A stretch of DNA of 64,000 nucleotides from contig NW_026860451.1 in the NCBI RefSeq assembly GCF_026571515.1, forward strand, positions 1 through 64,000, in the 5' to 3' direction. Of the stretch, positions 26,420 through 38,800 are shown in pieces. Numbering within the stretch: the stretch's first letter is position 1; the number at the start of each line of letters is the position of its first letter. The DNA is from Ruditapes philippinarum. Its lineage: Eukaryota. Below the pieces are notes generated by a model. That model searched no databases, was not told where the DNA came from, and saw nothing but the letters and a program-made list of their open reading frames with translations. The translations under genes were made by a program, and so were the position numbers.

Positions 26420-27664
26420 TACCTCTGACACCTTGATCCCAAAAATCCAGTGAGGTCAGCATCTGACCAAAAGCAATGCATCTCTTAAGATTGAAGGTCA
26501 CGGGTTCATATGTTGTCCAGTTATTGATAGGAAACCGTTTTGACATAAAAGGTTAATGTGAACTTGACCTTTGACCCCTTATCCCAAAATCAAAAGAGGT
26601 CATCAAATTGGCAAACCTTTAAACTTTTCGTGCCAAAGGCCCATGGCTTGTTAAGTTATTGATCAATAAAACTGTTTTTACCTACAAGGGTCAATATGAC
26701 CTTTACCCCTGACCCCAAATTCAATAGGGTCATCTTCTTGCCAAGACCAATGCACCTACAAAGTTTGAGGGCCAACATCCAATGGGTTGTCAAGTTATTG
26801 GTTGAAAACCATTTTTACCTACAAGGTCAATATGACATTGACCTTTGACCCCAAAATCAATAGGGGTCATCTACTAGCCAAATCCAATGCACGGATTGTC
26901 AAGTTATTGATTAGAAACCTTATTTACCTTCAAGGTCAATGTAACCTTGATCTTTGACCCTAAAATCAATAGGGGCCATCTACTGGTTATGAACAATCGT
27001 TGTACCAAGTTTGAAGTTCCTAGGCCTAAGCGGATCATAAACTGTTTTAAACTACAAGGTTAATGTGACTTTGACCTTTGACCCCAAAATCAATAGGGGT
27101 CATATACTGGTCATGAACAATCATCATACAATGTTAGAAGTTCCTAGACCTAAGCTATCAGAAACCGTTTTTACCTTCAAGGTCAGTGTGACATTGACCT
27201 TTGACCTCAAAATCAGTAGGGGTTATTTACTGGTCATGAACACTCATCATACTAAGTTTGAAGTTCCTAGGCCTAAGCATTCTTAAGTCATTGATCAGAA
27301 ACCGTTTTTACCTAAAAGGTCAGTGTGACCTTGACATTTGACTCCAAAAATGAATAGGGGTCATCTACTGGTCATGTACAATCATCAAACCAAGTTTGAA
27401 GTTCCTAGGCCTAAGTATCCTTAGTAATTCATCAGAAACTGTTTTTACCTACAATGACAATGTGACCTTGACCTTTGACCCCAAAATGAATGGGGGTTAT
27501 CTGCTGGTCATGTACAATCATCATACCAAGTTTGAAGTTCCTACCTCTAAGTGTTCTTTAGAATAGTTATTGATCGGAAACCAGTTGGTCTACGGACCGA
27601 GGGACCTACTAACAGACAAATGCAAATCAATATCACCCCACTTCTTTGGAAGGGGGTATAATAA
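26420..27664 (-). repeat. ~120-bp tandem array, probably internal repeats of a Helentron-like element
   Basis: About 9 units of TGACCTTTGACCCCAAAATCAATAGGGGTCATCTACTGG...AAGTTTGAAGTTCCTAGGCCTAAG, ending in ACCCC...GGGGGTATAA. Confidence 0.75.
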
Positions 27665-27718
27665 GAGGTCATTAACTTGCCATGGGCAGTGTCCCTACCA
27701 ACTATGCTTATTCCTTCC

Positions 27719-28087
27719 TAAAGGCACATTATACCTCAGAAATGAATAAATATTTCCTTCTTAATATAAAGGAAAACATGTGTTTAATAATGTTTAAATA
27801 ACACTTTTAGAGCATGTTACTTGTTTATTACCTTTAGATAGTATTGCTCAATTTAAAATTATTTGTATGAAAGTAGCTAAAAGTAAAAAAAAAGTAGTAT
27901 TTTGACTTCCATACAAAATACTAGATCACTATAACTGTACTAATTCCAAGAAAGCAACACAAACAAAATATGGCTCATGTAACTGGCCAATGAGTATCTT
28001 TCTGGCAACTACAACAGGAAAAACCAAATATATAAAGCCTTTCAGAAATGAAAAAAAAACCTATTCTAGGGCATAATGGGCTTTTAA
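27719..28087. mobile_element. Kolobok-like MITE, same family as 47999-48372 in opposite orientation
   Basis: TTAA-AGGCACATTAT ... ATAATGGGCTT-TTAA ends; internal TTTGACTTCCATACAAAATACTA matches the reverse complement of ~48170-48195. Confidence 0.6.
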
Positions 28088-28507
28088 GTTATTGACAGAA
28101 TAAGGATCTAAAACTAATTTTCATGGTGACCTTTGACCTAAGACTCAATAGGGGTCATCTACTGACCCCTAATTAAGAATGAAGATGGCACACCTAAAGG
28201 TCAACAAGACATTGATGAGGCTAATGAAAAGGTGGAAAAGTGCCATAATGGTCAAGGTCATCTTTCCGCTTATAAATAAACAACAACAAAGAACACTGCA
28301 TGCAGTGTTATCTCTAATCTGTTTCATAATTATTCAAAGTTAAAAAAGGCAAAACTCCTTACAAAATTGCTTTTCAAGATAGTGCCCCCTTCTTAACAAC
28401 TGTTCCTCGTCATGATAATAATGAAAGCTTTGATGGCAATTTGTAGGCAATTTTGACAAAAATTCTAATTAAAAAGGGGCAGAATTTCCTAAAATATTTC
28501 TAACAGT

Positions 28508-28720
28508 TTGTTTGTTTGTTTCATTTTACGCCTTTTCCTAACAGTATTTCAGTCATATAGGCGGGTAGTTTCCTAACCATTGTTCCTGGAGAGTTACACC
28601 AGTACTAGACTACCTTCCTCCGTGCTAAACTACCAAAGCATCTCCCGGGGACAGAACCCATGCCAGAGAGGTTACTGGATTAGAAGTCATCGACTCTAAC
28701 CCCTCGACCACGGAGGCGGT
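28508..28720 (-). mobile_element. tRNA-derived SINE
   Basis: Minus strand GCCTCCGTGGTCGAGGGGTTAGAGTCG (A box), GGGTTCTGTCCCCGG (B-box-like), (AAAC)n tail. Confidence 0.6.
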
Positions 28721-29514
28721 TATTTCTCACAGAATAATGCCCCTTGTCTAACAATAATTAAGCAAGTATTACAAGTCTGATGTTGATACTATTTATAGTT
28801 TTGAAATCATTCTATATGTATTTTTTACAAAAATTCTTACTTAAAAAATGGGCATAATTCCTAAAAATTCTTATTTTCAGAATTATTCCCTTTGTCTTAC
28901 AACTACATCTCATCATGAGTATAAAGTTCTCTGTGTTTCATATGGATACCTTTAAAATTGTTTTGAGAAATTAGCTACATGGAGGTTTTTTCCAGACAGC
29001 AATGATAACACAGAAATCATAATAGCTTAACCTTTTCTATGAAACAGACAAGCTAAAATAGCAATGTTTTCACAAATCTTAGTTCACTAATAATAATAAC
29101 ACTGTCTTCATCAATATATATATATATTTCTACCAAAACTTTAATTATACAAAATCTATGACCAGCAATAAATTTACAACCATTAACAAGTAGTATGTAT
29201 TAGAAAGCTATGGGAAAAAAAAAATTTAACTCGATAAAAAAGTTCATAATGTAAAAGTGATTCAAATTTTTATTTTTAATTTCTAATTTTTAATTTAATT
29301 TTTATTGAAATGCATTCCTTCCAAAATAATGTGAAGCAAGCTTTATTACAAATATCATTCATATATAACTTTCATTTTTCACTTTTATGATTACAATATA
29401 TTAATCTAAATGGATACAAAGCAAAATGACTTGTGAGATATTGATAACACATGATTGCTGATGACAATAAATGTAAAAAGTGTTTAATTGATGGCAATAT
29501 CTGAAGCAGCACTT

Positions 29515-31674
29515 TTATTGTTTTGACAGTTGGTATCCACTCTTTAGCACCATGAGAAGACTGAAAATAGACAGAAATGGCCATACAGATCATTTATACT
29601 TTCTGGAACAAGCAATTAGTGCATAGTACTACCTTTCCTGCCATCTTGGCTGTCTGGAAAATAAAAGTACCTCCTTTATAACCTTTGACATTCTGAATAT
29701 GTGTAGTTGATTTGCTCAGCTTTGAATTTGGAGTAGTCAAATTAAAATTTCAGAGATTTCAATATCAAAATACAAGGCAGTCTAAAGGACAGCTATATCA
29801 CTTGCTGCAGTAGAACATTGGAATTGTTAACAAGTGTGAGGAGAGGTAAGCCCTCCCAATATTATCATTTGTGCCATGTAATTGTTAAAAAAAATTCATT
29901 TGTTATAGATGGAGAAGACACTAAGTGTGGACTTTTTACATTTTACCTTAAAGAGTGACCTTGACCTTGTGGATAGCCACCTGGTTTTGTGCTGTGCACA
30001 TCATCTCAAACAAGTGATTATTTGTGCCATGTTATTTTACAAACTTTTCATAACTTTAAAAGTTAAAGAGTGGACAAGAAATATGAACAGTATACATTTA
30101 GTTAGTTTTTAATTTAAGAATTTATTTCAATTTGATTGTGTTGGAAGCTATAAGAACACTGAAACACTCTTGAATCTGTTCCTGGAACCAGCCAGTACTA
30201 GGCAATGCGTTTAAATTTTTTTGCTCAAAGAAAAAACAGCTTGGAAATTCCAGCTTGTACTGACAGTCAATGTTTTCTTGCATATCAGACTGGTGATTCT
30301 GTTAGTTTTACCCAAGCAGAAAGTTTCATCTGGCAGGTCCTCTTAAGACGGATATACCGATCTGGACCGCAAACATGACAGATATTATAATAATTAAGAT
30401 TATTTCATGTCCATTAATGCTATAACCTGTCCATTTCTATTCATTATTGATGAGAAGGATTTATACAAATGTAGATTACCTTTCAGACAAAATTAATGTC
30501 ATAATAATTAATTACCAAAAGTCTACAATTATTTGGTTGAAGTTTCCAATAAACCTTTCATTACAGCCTTCAGCAAAAGTTCACAGCCTTCAGCAAAAGT
30601 ATCAGAAATTACCTGAGTGTTGCAACAAGACCGGCTGGCATGAATTTCCCAGAGTTATAAAACCTGTATCCCATCATACACATTAATGTTGCACTTGTTC
30701 CTGAAATCATGTTAATTAAAGTAAAGTACAATTTCTTAAATGATTCAACGTGAAATTGATCATATTAACATAAATCATCGGCAAATTTCTCCAAATAATT
30801 ATAGCATACTGAATTAGAATAGTAATATTTAAGTCGTAGATTGAATAGAATGCTATTAAAGGATTCTATAATATATACACACTTAATACAAAATTTAACA
30901 AAAATTAGATGCATAACAAAATTTTAATGTCAAAGTCAAGTTTTTCCATATCTATGTACAAAGATAATACCAGAGTTGACAGTGATTTTCATACGTACAT
31001 TGTGTAATTGATTTTTGTCAAATCTTATAATGTTTGGATGATGTTTAAGGGTTTTTTGGTTGTAAGAGGGGGGGGGGGGGGGACAAGGTTATAGTCATAC
31101 AGTAAATCATGGCCACAGGCCAAACACCACATGCAGTAACTATTATCTGATCATTAGATCATTATATATACAATTAAAACAGTAAAGGTATTTTGAAAAA
31201 AGCCTGAATAATGCTGCTTTGCTTAACATTATAAATTTAATTCAGGTTACTTTACCAAGAGATAATTTAACATCATTAGAGTTCTGTGTTGTCTGATATG
31301 CTCCCAATGCTGCCAATGAGCCAAAAGTCAGGCCAGCTGCTAAGGATGGCAAACTTGCTACAAAAAAGAGATGAATAGATACAATCTTCTTTTGATGAAA
31401 GTAATGAAAATAGACTTAAATAATTCGAGTTTACTTGTTATCTTCCGATTTAAAGTGGCATTGATTATTAATACATTATACAGTTATACCAACGTGTGTT
31501 GTATCCGAAATTGTGTTGTCCGAACAACATACTACTATCATAATAATTACATTGTGTAGAGAAGCATTTGGAATGACAAGCCTTAATTCGAAGATTACCT
31601 GATTTAACATAGCCCATTATTCCACCAGCAGCAACTATGGCAGCATACCCAAATCCTATAATATCTGCAGGCAT
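29515..31674 (-). CDS. TMEM14C: Transmembrane protein 14C-like (complete, 4 exons, 103 aa)
   Basis: Exons 31674-31599, 31357-31256, 30700-30613, 29560-29515 (TAA): MPADIIGFGYAAIVAAGGIMGYVKSASLPSLAAGLTFGSLAALGAYQTTQNSNDVKLSLGTSATLMCMMGYRFYNSGKFMPAGLVATLSLLMVLKSGYQLSKQ; family motifs GGIMGY, SLPSLAAG, RFYNSGKFMPAGL. Confidence 0.93.
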
Positions 31675-31694
31675 GATTTTCTTTTACACCCGAC

Positions 31695-31709
31695 AACTTC
31701 CGTATGGCG
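31695..31709 (-). promoter_or_regulatory. YY1-like (CGCCAT) and ETS-like (CGGAAGT) motifs just upstream of the TMEM14C ATG
   Basis: Minus strand reads CGCCATACGGAAGTT about 20-35 nt upstream of the start codon; motifs common at housekeeping promoters. Confidence 0.35.
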
Positions 31710-31866
31710 TTATAAAAATATTTTGTGTAAATTACAAAATGTGGGTCTTACGCTGCAATTGCATTTATTTCCATGCACCAGTTATCACTTTCAAACAGTC
31801 CATCCAGTGAAAGGTGTCAATGCTATAAACTAGACTATTGTCATAAATACCTGCATTGTAATGGAC

Positions 31867-32053
31867 AAAGGGGCTTGTAACAGTGCTAGGACTCTATATT
31901 AGGGTCATTTGTAACCAAAACTAGGTCCAGACCCAAAAAACAGGTGACAACCCTTATATATAGAGATGTGACCAAAACTAGGTCCAGACCAAAAAAAACA
32001 GGAGACTTATATATAGTCTAAAATAGAGTTCAAGCACCATTACAACCCCCTTT
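31867..32053. mobile_element. Short MITE-like inverted-repeat element upstream of TMEM14C
   Basis: AAAGGGGCTTGTAACAGTGCTAGGACTCTAT / ATAGAGTTCAAGCACCATTACAACCCCCTTT imperfect TIRs; internal ACCAAAACTAGGTCCAGACC twice. Confidence 0.55.
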
Positions 32054-33084
32054 GGTTATGGAGATGAAACATTCACGCAAAGCCTTTAGTATTACCTTAT
32101 AGTCAATAAGACACCTCACTTACTTTACTTAGCACTTGATAGTAGCCAACAGGGCCACAATGTTCGCAAGAGTATTTTTCTGTTTTTACCAATATAAGAG
32201 TTACATGTTTTGGTCACTGACCTACTGATGGACAAGTTTTAAGTAAATACCCTCAGTAATTGGGAAGAACCCGTATGCAAATCATTATGACTTTTCTAAA
32301 ATCACAAAGACTTGAGGCTTATTTAAAAAAATATTTACGGATTATGGTCAGTGTTTTACAATATTTTGATCCCAGACATGTGTGCAGTTTCAAGAAAATA
32401 CTGTTACTTCAGTGGTTGTGAGGATAGTCTCTGCGAAGTTATATATATGTAGACAAGAACCTTAAAAAGAGACTGAAAAGATTCAAGTGAATACTTTCTT
32501 TGTTCAATGGAAAGTTCAGTTGCTACAAAACTAAGCCAAAGCCAGACTATGCCGGAATAGTTTATTCAGAGAGGGAAGAGGCCCACCAATTTTTGTATTT
32601 TGTATGTACACCCCGAGGATTGTGTTTGTAAAATTGTATATTCTGTGGTTACAATAAAATATTATTAAACTATTAGCCAGAGTTATGGTTCTTGATATGC
32701 ATAACAATCTTAAAAGCAAGCCATCAATACACCACTGCCAACCTAAGTAGGATATCTCTCCTTTTCCCTGAATAACTGAGCTATGAAAAACAAAGATGAG
32801 AAAACATTTTGATTTTCATTTTATTTACAACAGATATAATGAAGAAAAAAAATCGTAGCTGTCAACATGTTTGTGATCAATGCAATATGACTGAAAACAC
32901 TGAAACAATAAACTGTAACAAAATAACCATAAAACATCTTGTTCAAGTATACAACATACATAGTAATGTTAACATAAATTTGTGTATTCAGTATACAAGT
33001 AAAGTGTATAGAAAAACTCTATCATGGCTGTAATACTAAGGTTTAATTTCAAGTATGATCAAGATTTTTAATTTATTTTTGTCT

Positions 33085-33328
33085 GCTTTTATGTCACACC
33101 AACACAGTATAGGTCATACGGCCACTTTCCAGCATTACTGGCAGAGGAGGACCTCATATGCCCCTCTGTTCATTAATTGAAGCATTTAGGGACCATCAAT
33201 GGTCTGACAGCTAGGTGGATGGATAGCTTCCTCACATAAAAGAATCAAATAAAATGGCTATTTCGGACTTGGAATCAAAAGGGGGCCAGTTGAAGTCATT
33301 GATCATAACCACTCGGCCATGGATGCCC
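33085..33328 (-). mobile_element. tRNA-derived SINE
   Basis: Minus-strand GGGCATCCATGGCCGAGTGGTTATG head; 3' CTGGAAAGTGGCCGTATGACCTATACTGTGTTGG related to the 4735-4990 copy. Confidence 0.6.
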
Positions 33329-33504
33329 TATCATCAAATATCAAAATAATTTACTTTTCACTTTGCCAAATATGTATAACAGACTTGTGACATGTTAAAT
33401 TTGGAACTTTGTTATATTGTTATTGTTATAGATGTGATATCAATACAATATTAATCAGTAAAAAATCAAACAAAACAAGTAAATAACAATATAAAATCTA
33501 GCCA

Positions 33505-33945
33505 GTAATCTGTGTAATTTATATACTTTTCTAACACGATCTGCATTTTTCCCTATTGAACATAGAAGAACCGAAAGTGTGTCTTATTATGCTATAAAGT
33601 CACTGTTTGGCGTTCTATATTTAGACATGTGACTTAATCATTAAACATGTGACGTAACCGCTATAAAATCTGACGCGCTGATAATAAGTACGGAAACAAA
33701 TCAGGCGCTATTTTGCTTAATATCAAGTACGGCAGCATTTATTTGTTCATGTCGTGTTAGAATCAAAATAATATATCCAAATCGATGATTTTATCGCTGG
33801 ATAACATCACTGTTTGTCATTCGGATGCGCATCATTATATCACTCGGGCTACGCCCACATGATATAATTCCTCGCATCCGAACTCCAAACAGTGATGTTA
33901 TTGAGCGATAAAATCACAGTTTGGGATATATTATTTCTTAAATAA
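33505..33945. mobile_element. Double-hairpin non-autonomous element (Crypton-like architecture)
   Basis: Two adjacent inverted-repeat pairs: TTCTAACACGA/TCGTGTTAGAA and GATTTTATCGCT..ATAACATCACTGTTTG/CAAACAGTGATGTTAT..AGCGATAAAATC; no TSD seen. Confidence 0.45.
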
Positions 33946-35867
33946 AATGAAAAAAGGAAATCTGAATATTAAACTTATAGAGGCTGTAATCATAAGGTTT
34001 GACCAAGAAATATGTATACTAAACACCAAGTTATATGACAGTCTTACCATTTAACTTTACCATTTTGAATTTGCAAAATGTCCAATTGTAACACATTAAA
34101 CAGTAAACTTTAAAATTCGAGAGCAATATTATGTCCAGTCAGACGTAACAGATGTGTGGGCTAACCTGGCTCTATACTAGTGACGTAGGCATGTTGTTAC
34201 AATTGAATGTGTCTTTATAACTAAACTAACACTAGTTTCCTCTTCTCATTGCACCTATAAACTACAGGGCTGTGTGTAAAATCCCAGATTTATTTTTTTT
34301 ATTTTCATAATTCAATGATTTTAAGATACAGACGGGAAAACTGTAAGCTTAGAATATAGCACATTTTTGCATTGAAATTTTTTTTTAAAAATCTAATGAT
34401 CAATGACTTGATTGGGTAAATTTTGTTACTTTGATTACATATAAGAATTAAATGTTTAATATTGACATTTAAAATATAATTACTCTAAGAATGAATTATC
34501 AAAACCTTGAGAATCTGGTCACACAAGGCATGAGGCCAATACATGTATCAGGTTTTCATTAGGTGGTTATGAACCCACGAGAGTTTGGTGGCTCATTATC
34601 TGGTAAGCTCACAACATTAGCAGAAACAAGGATTAAGATATTCTCTACAGATCCAATTACTTGCCTGTAACTAATAAATTACCACCAACATGAGAAAACC
34701 TCCCTTAATGTCACTTACTTTTTTAAATGACATTGAATTCTTAAAGAAATTCTATTCTATTCTAATGTTACCTATTCATATTTACCTTTAACATTTCAAG
34801 GGGAGTTCACTTTTTTATTTTTATAGTCAATTGCAAAGTTAACGTCTTTTGACATCATTCGTAAAATGACTTCAAGAGTGGTTTTCTCATTCCGGCGTTC
34901 ATTACATATAAGTGATACAAATTCCATGTATAATCATGAGAAGTCTTTTAAAAATTGTAAGTTAAAAGAAAGAAAAAACATTTTTTTTTAGGCGAAAAGT
35001 GTTCATTAGTACAGCATTTTCTCTAACCAATAGAATGCTGTGGGCGATAAAATTTACCCATGCAACCAGTGCAGACCAAGATCAACCAGAACATCAGTGC
35101 TATGGGATCATGGTCTAAACTGTTCAGTATTCAACAGTTCATACTTTGCTAAAATTCATTAATGGTTTTGTTCACACTGAAAAATGGACAAGTCCATTTA
35201 AGAAATTTAGCATGGTATGGGCTAATGAATACATGTGCATGTATGTCTTAATTATGTCCAAGTACAAGTAATTTACAATATGAAGATTGGCTATAGTTAC
35301 ATCCAATACCTAAAAGCAATTATCAAATTATTTAAAAAATACAAGACCCTTAACCTGCTAAATTTGTGTTACAGATGTTTCTTACTTTGAATTTGGAACA
35401 GTCTACATGTATTTGGAAACTCAGGGATTTCAGCTACCAATGTATCAGTATAGAGCCTGGTCAGGGCTGCACAGATGTGCATGGTGGCCTGGCTGTATAT
35501 GGGTGGCAAAGACCAACATAACAGGTTCTAACAGGTTCTAACAGGTTAAGGGTTACACAAACAACATACTTTACATCTTCATAAATAAAGAACATGATAA
35601 AAAAATACAATAAAACAATGCTTAATGTCTTGACATGTTATATAACCCATTCTGATAATCAGATTTAAACAGGGTTAAGTTTGTTGTGATTACAAAACAA
35701 AAGAAGAATGTGATAAAGCTATAAAAGCTGTTTAAAGTCACTTATCCAAGTTTGCAATGCCCATTTGCTGAGACACTTTTCCGAAAACAATTCAACAAAG
35801 TATCTTACAATGGCTTCAAATGTTGTAATGAACACATTTTCTGTAAGGAATTAATCAATATCAATAA

Positions 35868-38800
35868 TCAGAACCAGTCGTAATCGGGAATGTTGCCATA
35901 CTCATCATAGATGTCATTTTCCCAGTAATCCGAGTACACATCCTCATCATCATAGGACAGGTCTTCGTCCTCTTCAGGGTCATCATCAGGATAGTCAATC
36001 TGGTATGTTGCTTGACTCCGAACACCGAAGTACTTGCAGTGCGGGCAGTCAATGTGACATCTCACAAGATTAGATGGAATCTTGGCAACCACTACTCCAC
36101 TGTTTGTAATTGCCTTTGGCGCTTCTTGAAGTGTTTCCCATTTTCTATTCTCGAGATCATATTTACATGCACTAGTTAGCAAATTCTTTCCACTTTTCCC
36201 CCCAATCACATAAAGTTCACTCTGATGGGTTGAGTATATGAAGTCAGATCTTGATGGCTCGTCCAGAGGATGTGGAACGAGAATATCCTTGCCGGAGGAC
36301 CATCGACGCGTGTTGATGTCAAACTTTTGGTACCGGTAACAACCTTGTTTCGTCAGGAACACCTCATTTTTTATAGCGAACATAAACTGCTCATGTTTCA
36401 CACCTCTAGAATGCTCCTGCTGCTTCATATTTTTTGTGTCTGTTGTAAAAAATCTAACACTCTTTGTTCTTTGCCTAGAAGTACCACCAGCTCCACATTT
36501 TGAGCACAGCACTGCAACATATCTGTCCTCCACAATACATGTTGTTACCTCTGTTTTAACATTTCTAGAACACAATGGAATCACAACATCACAGTTCAGC
36601 ATATCAGTTGATACCCGAAACAAATAAACCATCCATTGAGGCAAGGTTCCACTTTTAGCACCGACAGATCGACCTGACGCTATGATGTACATTCTGTTGT
36701 TTACCATCAGGATATTCTGTATAGTAATATCACGGAATGGTTTAGGCAGAGTCATATGTATGGTTGTCCAAGATTTGTCAGTGACACTATACTTAAACAG
36801 GAAGGCCTCATTGTCATCAATAACAGCACTAGTGCTTGCATCATATACATATAGTGAGCTTGTGTTGTTACAGAAAGCCACTAAAGGGCGCCTCATTGAG
36901 AAAGGAAGGGGAGCTAACTCTGTCCACCTATTTTCATTGATTATGTAACCGTACACATGATTTATGGAGATTATATCTGATATAGGAAGGAATGGCACAG
37001 CAAAGAACGAGTGAAACAGCTGACCCATTCCACAACCACCGACAACCAGAATGACCTCACTGTTGGCTTCATCTGGCAACAGTCCAGCCATATGCTTCAT
37101 CTTTACATTCAGAACATGAACTTTGCATTTGTCTGAACTAACAACCAGAGGCGAGGTTTCTACATTATTCTCCAAATACTCTCTTGGCATTTTTTTCAGA
37201 TCAAGCTCACAGAACAAGCTCTCGAAGTGTGACTCTCTTCTCTTTAAATCATGCTCTACCCATCTGATAATAAATTTATAGAAATCTGTCACGGGAACAT
37301 AGTTGAGGGACTTATCCTTTAACATTTCTAATATTGACTCAGCTGTCAAACTCAGAGTATCTTCTAGCTCCATAACTTCCGGTAAATGCCCTCGAATATA
37401 GTCAAACACTTTATTGTAAATGTCAAGGTCATACAAACTGGCTAGAAGACAAAGATGAACACAATTGCTAACATTGACATCTACTCCTAATAGGTAATTT
37501 GTACACGCTGTTTTCAGGTCATCGATTTGCAGGTAGTCGGCCACCTCTAGGATGTCTTTTACAGTACTATACGAGAGCTGTAGTGTACCAGTGTACAGAA
37601 ATGTAACAGCTGATCTCACTGCCAATACCTTACCGATGCTTATATGTATTTTCCCTGTCAAAAAAAAACAAGAGATTACAATACTAAATGAAGATGAAAC
37701 TTCAACAATTTTCTGCTTTTCTGTGTAATTACTGGGAAACAATTTCATTCTTTTTGTATTTTAACAGATTAAAAGAACATTCATTTTGTTACACAAACAA
37801 ATTTTCTTTATATAAAATTTGCAGAAAGTAAAAAAAAAAGTCAAAAACAATTCAGTTTCTTATTGATAATTCAAATGTATGGTAATAAAATTTATTTAAC
37901 TATTAGAATTTAAAATTTCAAGTTATTCAAAGTGTCTGTGTTAGTAAAATTAACAGTCAATCCTATACTAAAGATCAACTCTGTACTAATACAGGACTTA
38001 AGGTACCACATTGGTTCAAACCCTGCTGGATTCACAAGCATATTTCCTCATATGGTTCCGGTACTATTTTCAGGAACCAGACTTATGAGTGTTCCAAAAA
38101 AAAAAGATTTAAGCTTTAATTCATGGGTGCCAGTTTAAAATATCAGAAAACCTGAAAACCCTAAATACAGCATTACTTCAAATGGTTTTATATATGCAAA
38201 TGTCTGAAAATTTAAACCCATGTTAATTCTAGATCAAGCCTTTGTGAAGCTAAAATAAAACATGTTTAACTTTAAAAAATTTAAAAATAATTAAACACAC
38301 ACCCTTCCCATAATGACAATCTATTCATTTGTCAATTGTGTACATAAATGCAAAGAATACTTTTTCTAATAGACTACATGTACCTGTCGATATAGACCAT
38401 TTCTTATTTTACAAAGACTTGCCCTTACAGACCAGTTTGATTTTATAGCCGAAAAAGATTTTAAGCAAAATTTTTTTGGTGTGTACACATTTTTCTAATA
38501 TGTTGCCTGCTTCCTTTTGTTAAACTTTTCTAACATGATTGTTGCTCACATCCTTTTAGTCACTATAATCTGAAATCTTACAATTCTGTCAAAATGATTA
38601 CAATGCTGAATTACAGAAAAACATAATTACAGAATCTTGACCTACCGGCTTGCTTTTCTGACATTCCACTATTGTACAAAGACTGGAAATATGGACACGA
38701 CACCAAAACACACCAATGAGCCTTCATTTCCTTCAGTACAAAAAGACACTTGGTTAGATAAAAAGCAGTACATCTTTTTGCTTAGAATAAATTGAAAATA

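Noticed and set aside
29590-29653. Alternative TMEM14C last exon after the acceptor-like site at ~29654
   Set aside because: The acceptor at 29560 gives the family-like C-terminus (SLLMV); this one does not.
35868-37748. 626-aa single-exon ORF as the complete gene
   Set aside because: Its first ~30 residues are intronic; an acceptor at 37654 joins two upstream exons that supply the rest of the BTB domain.
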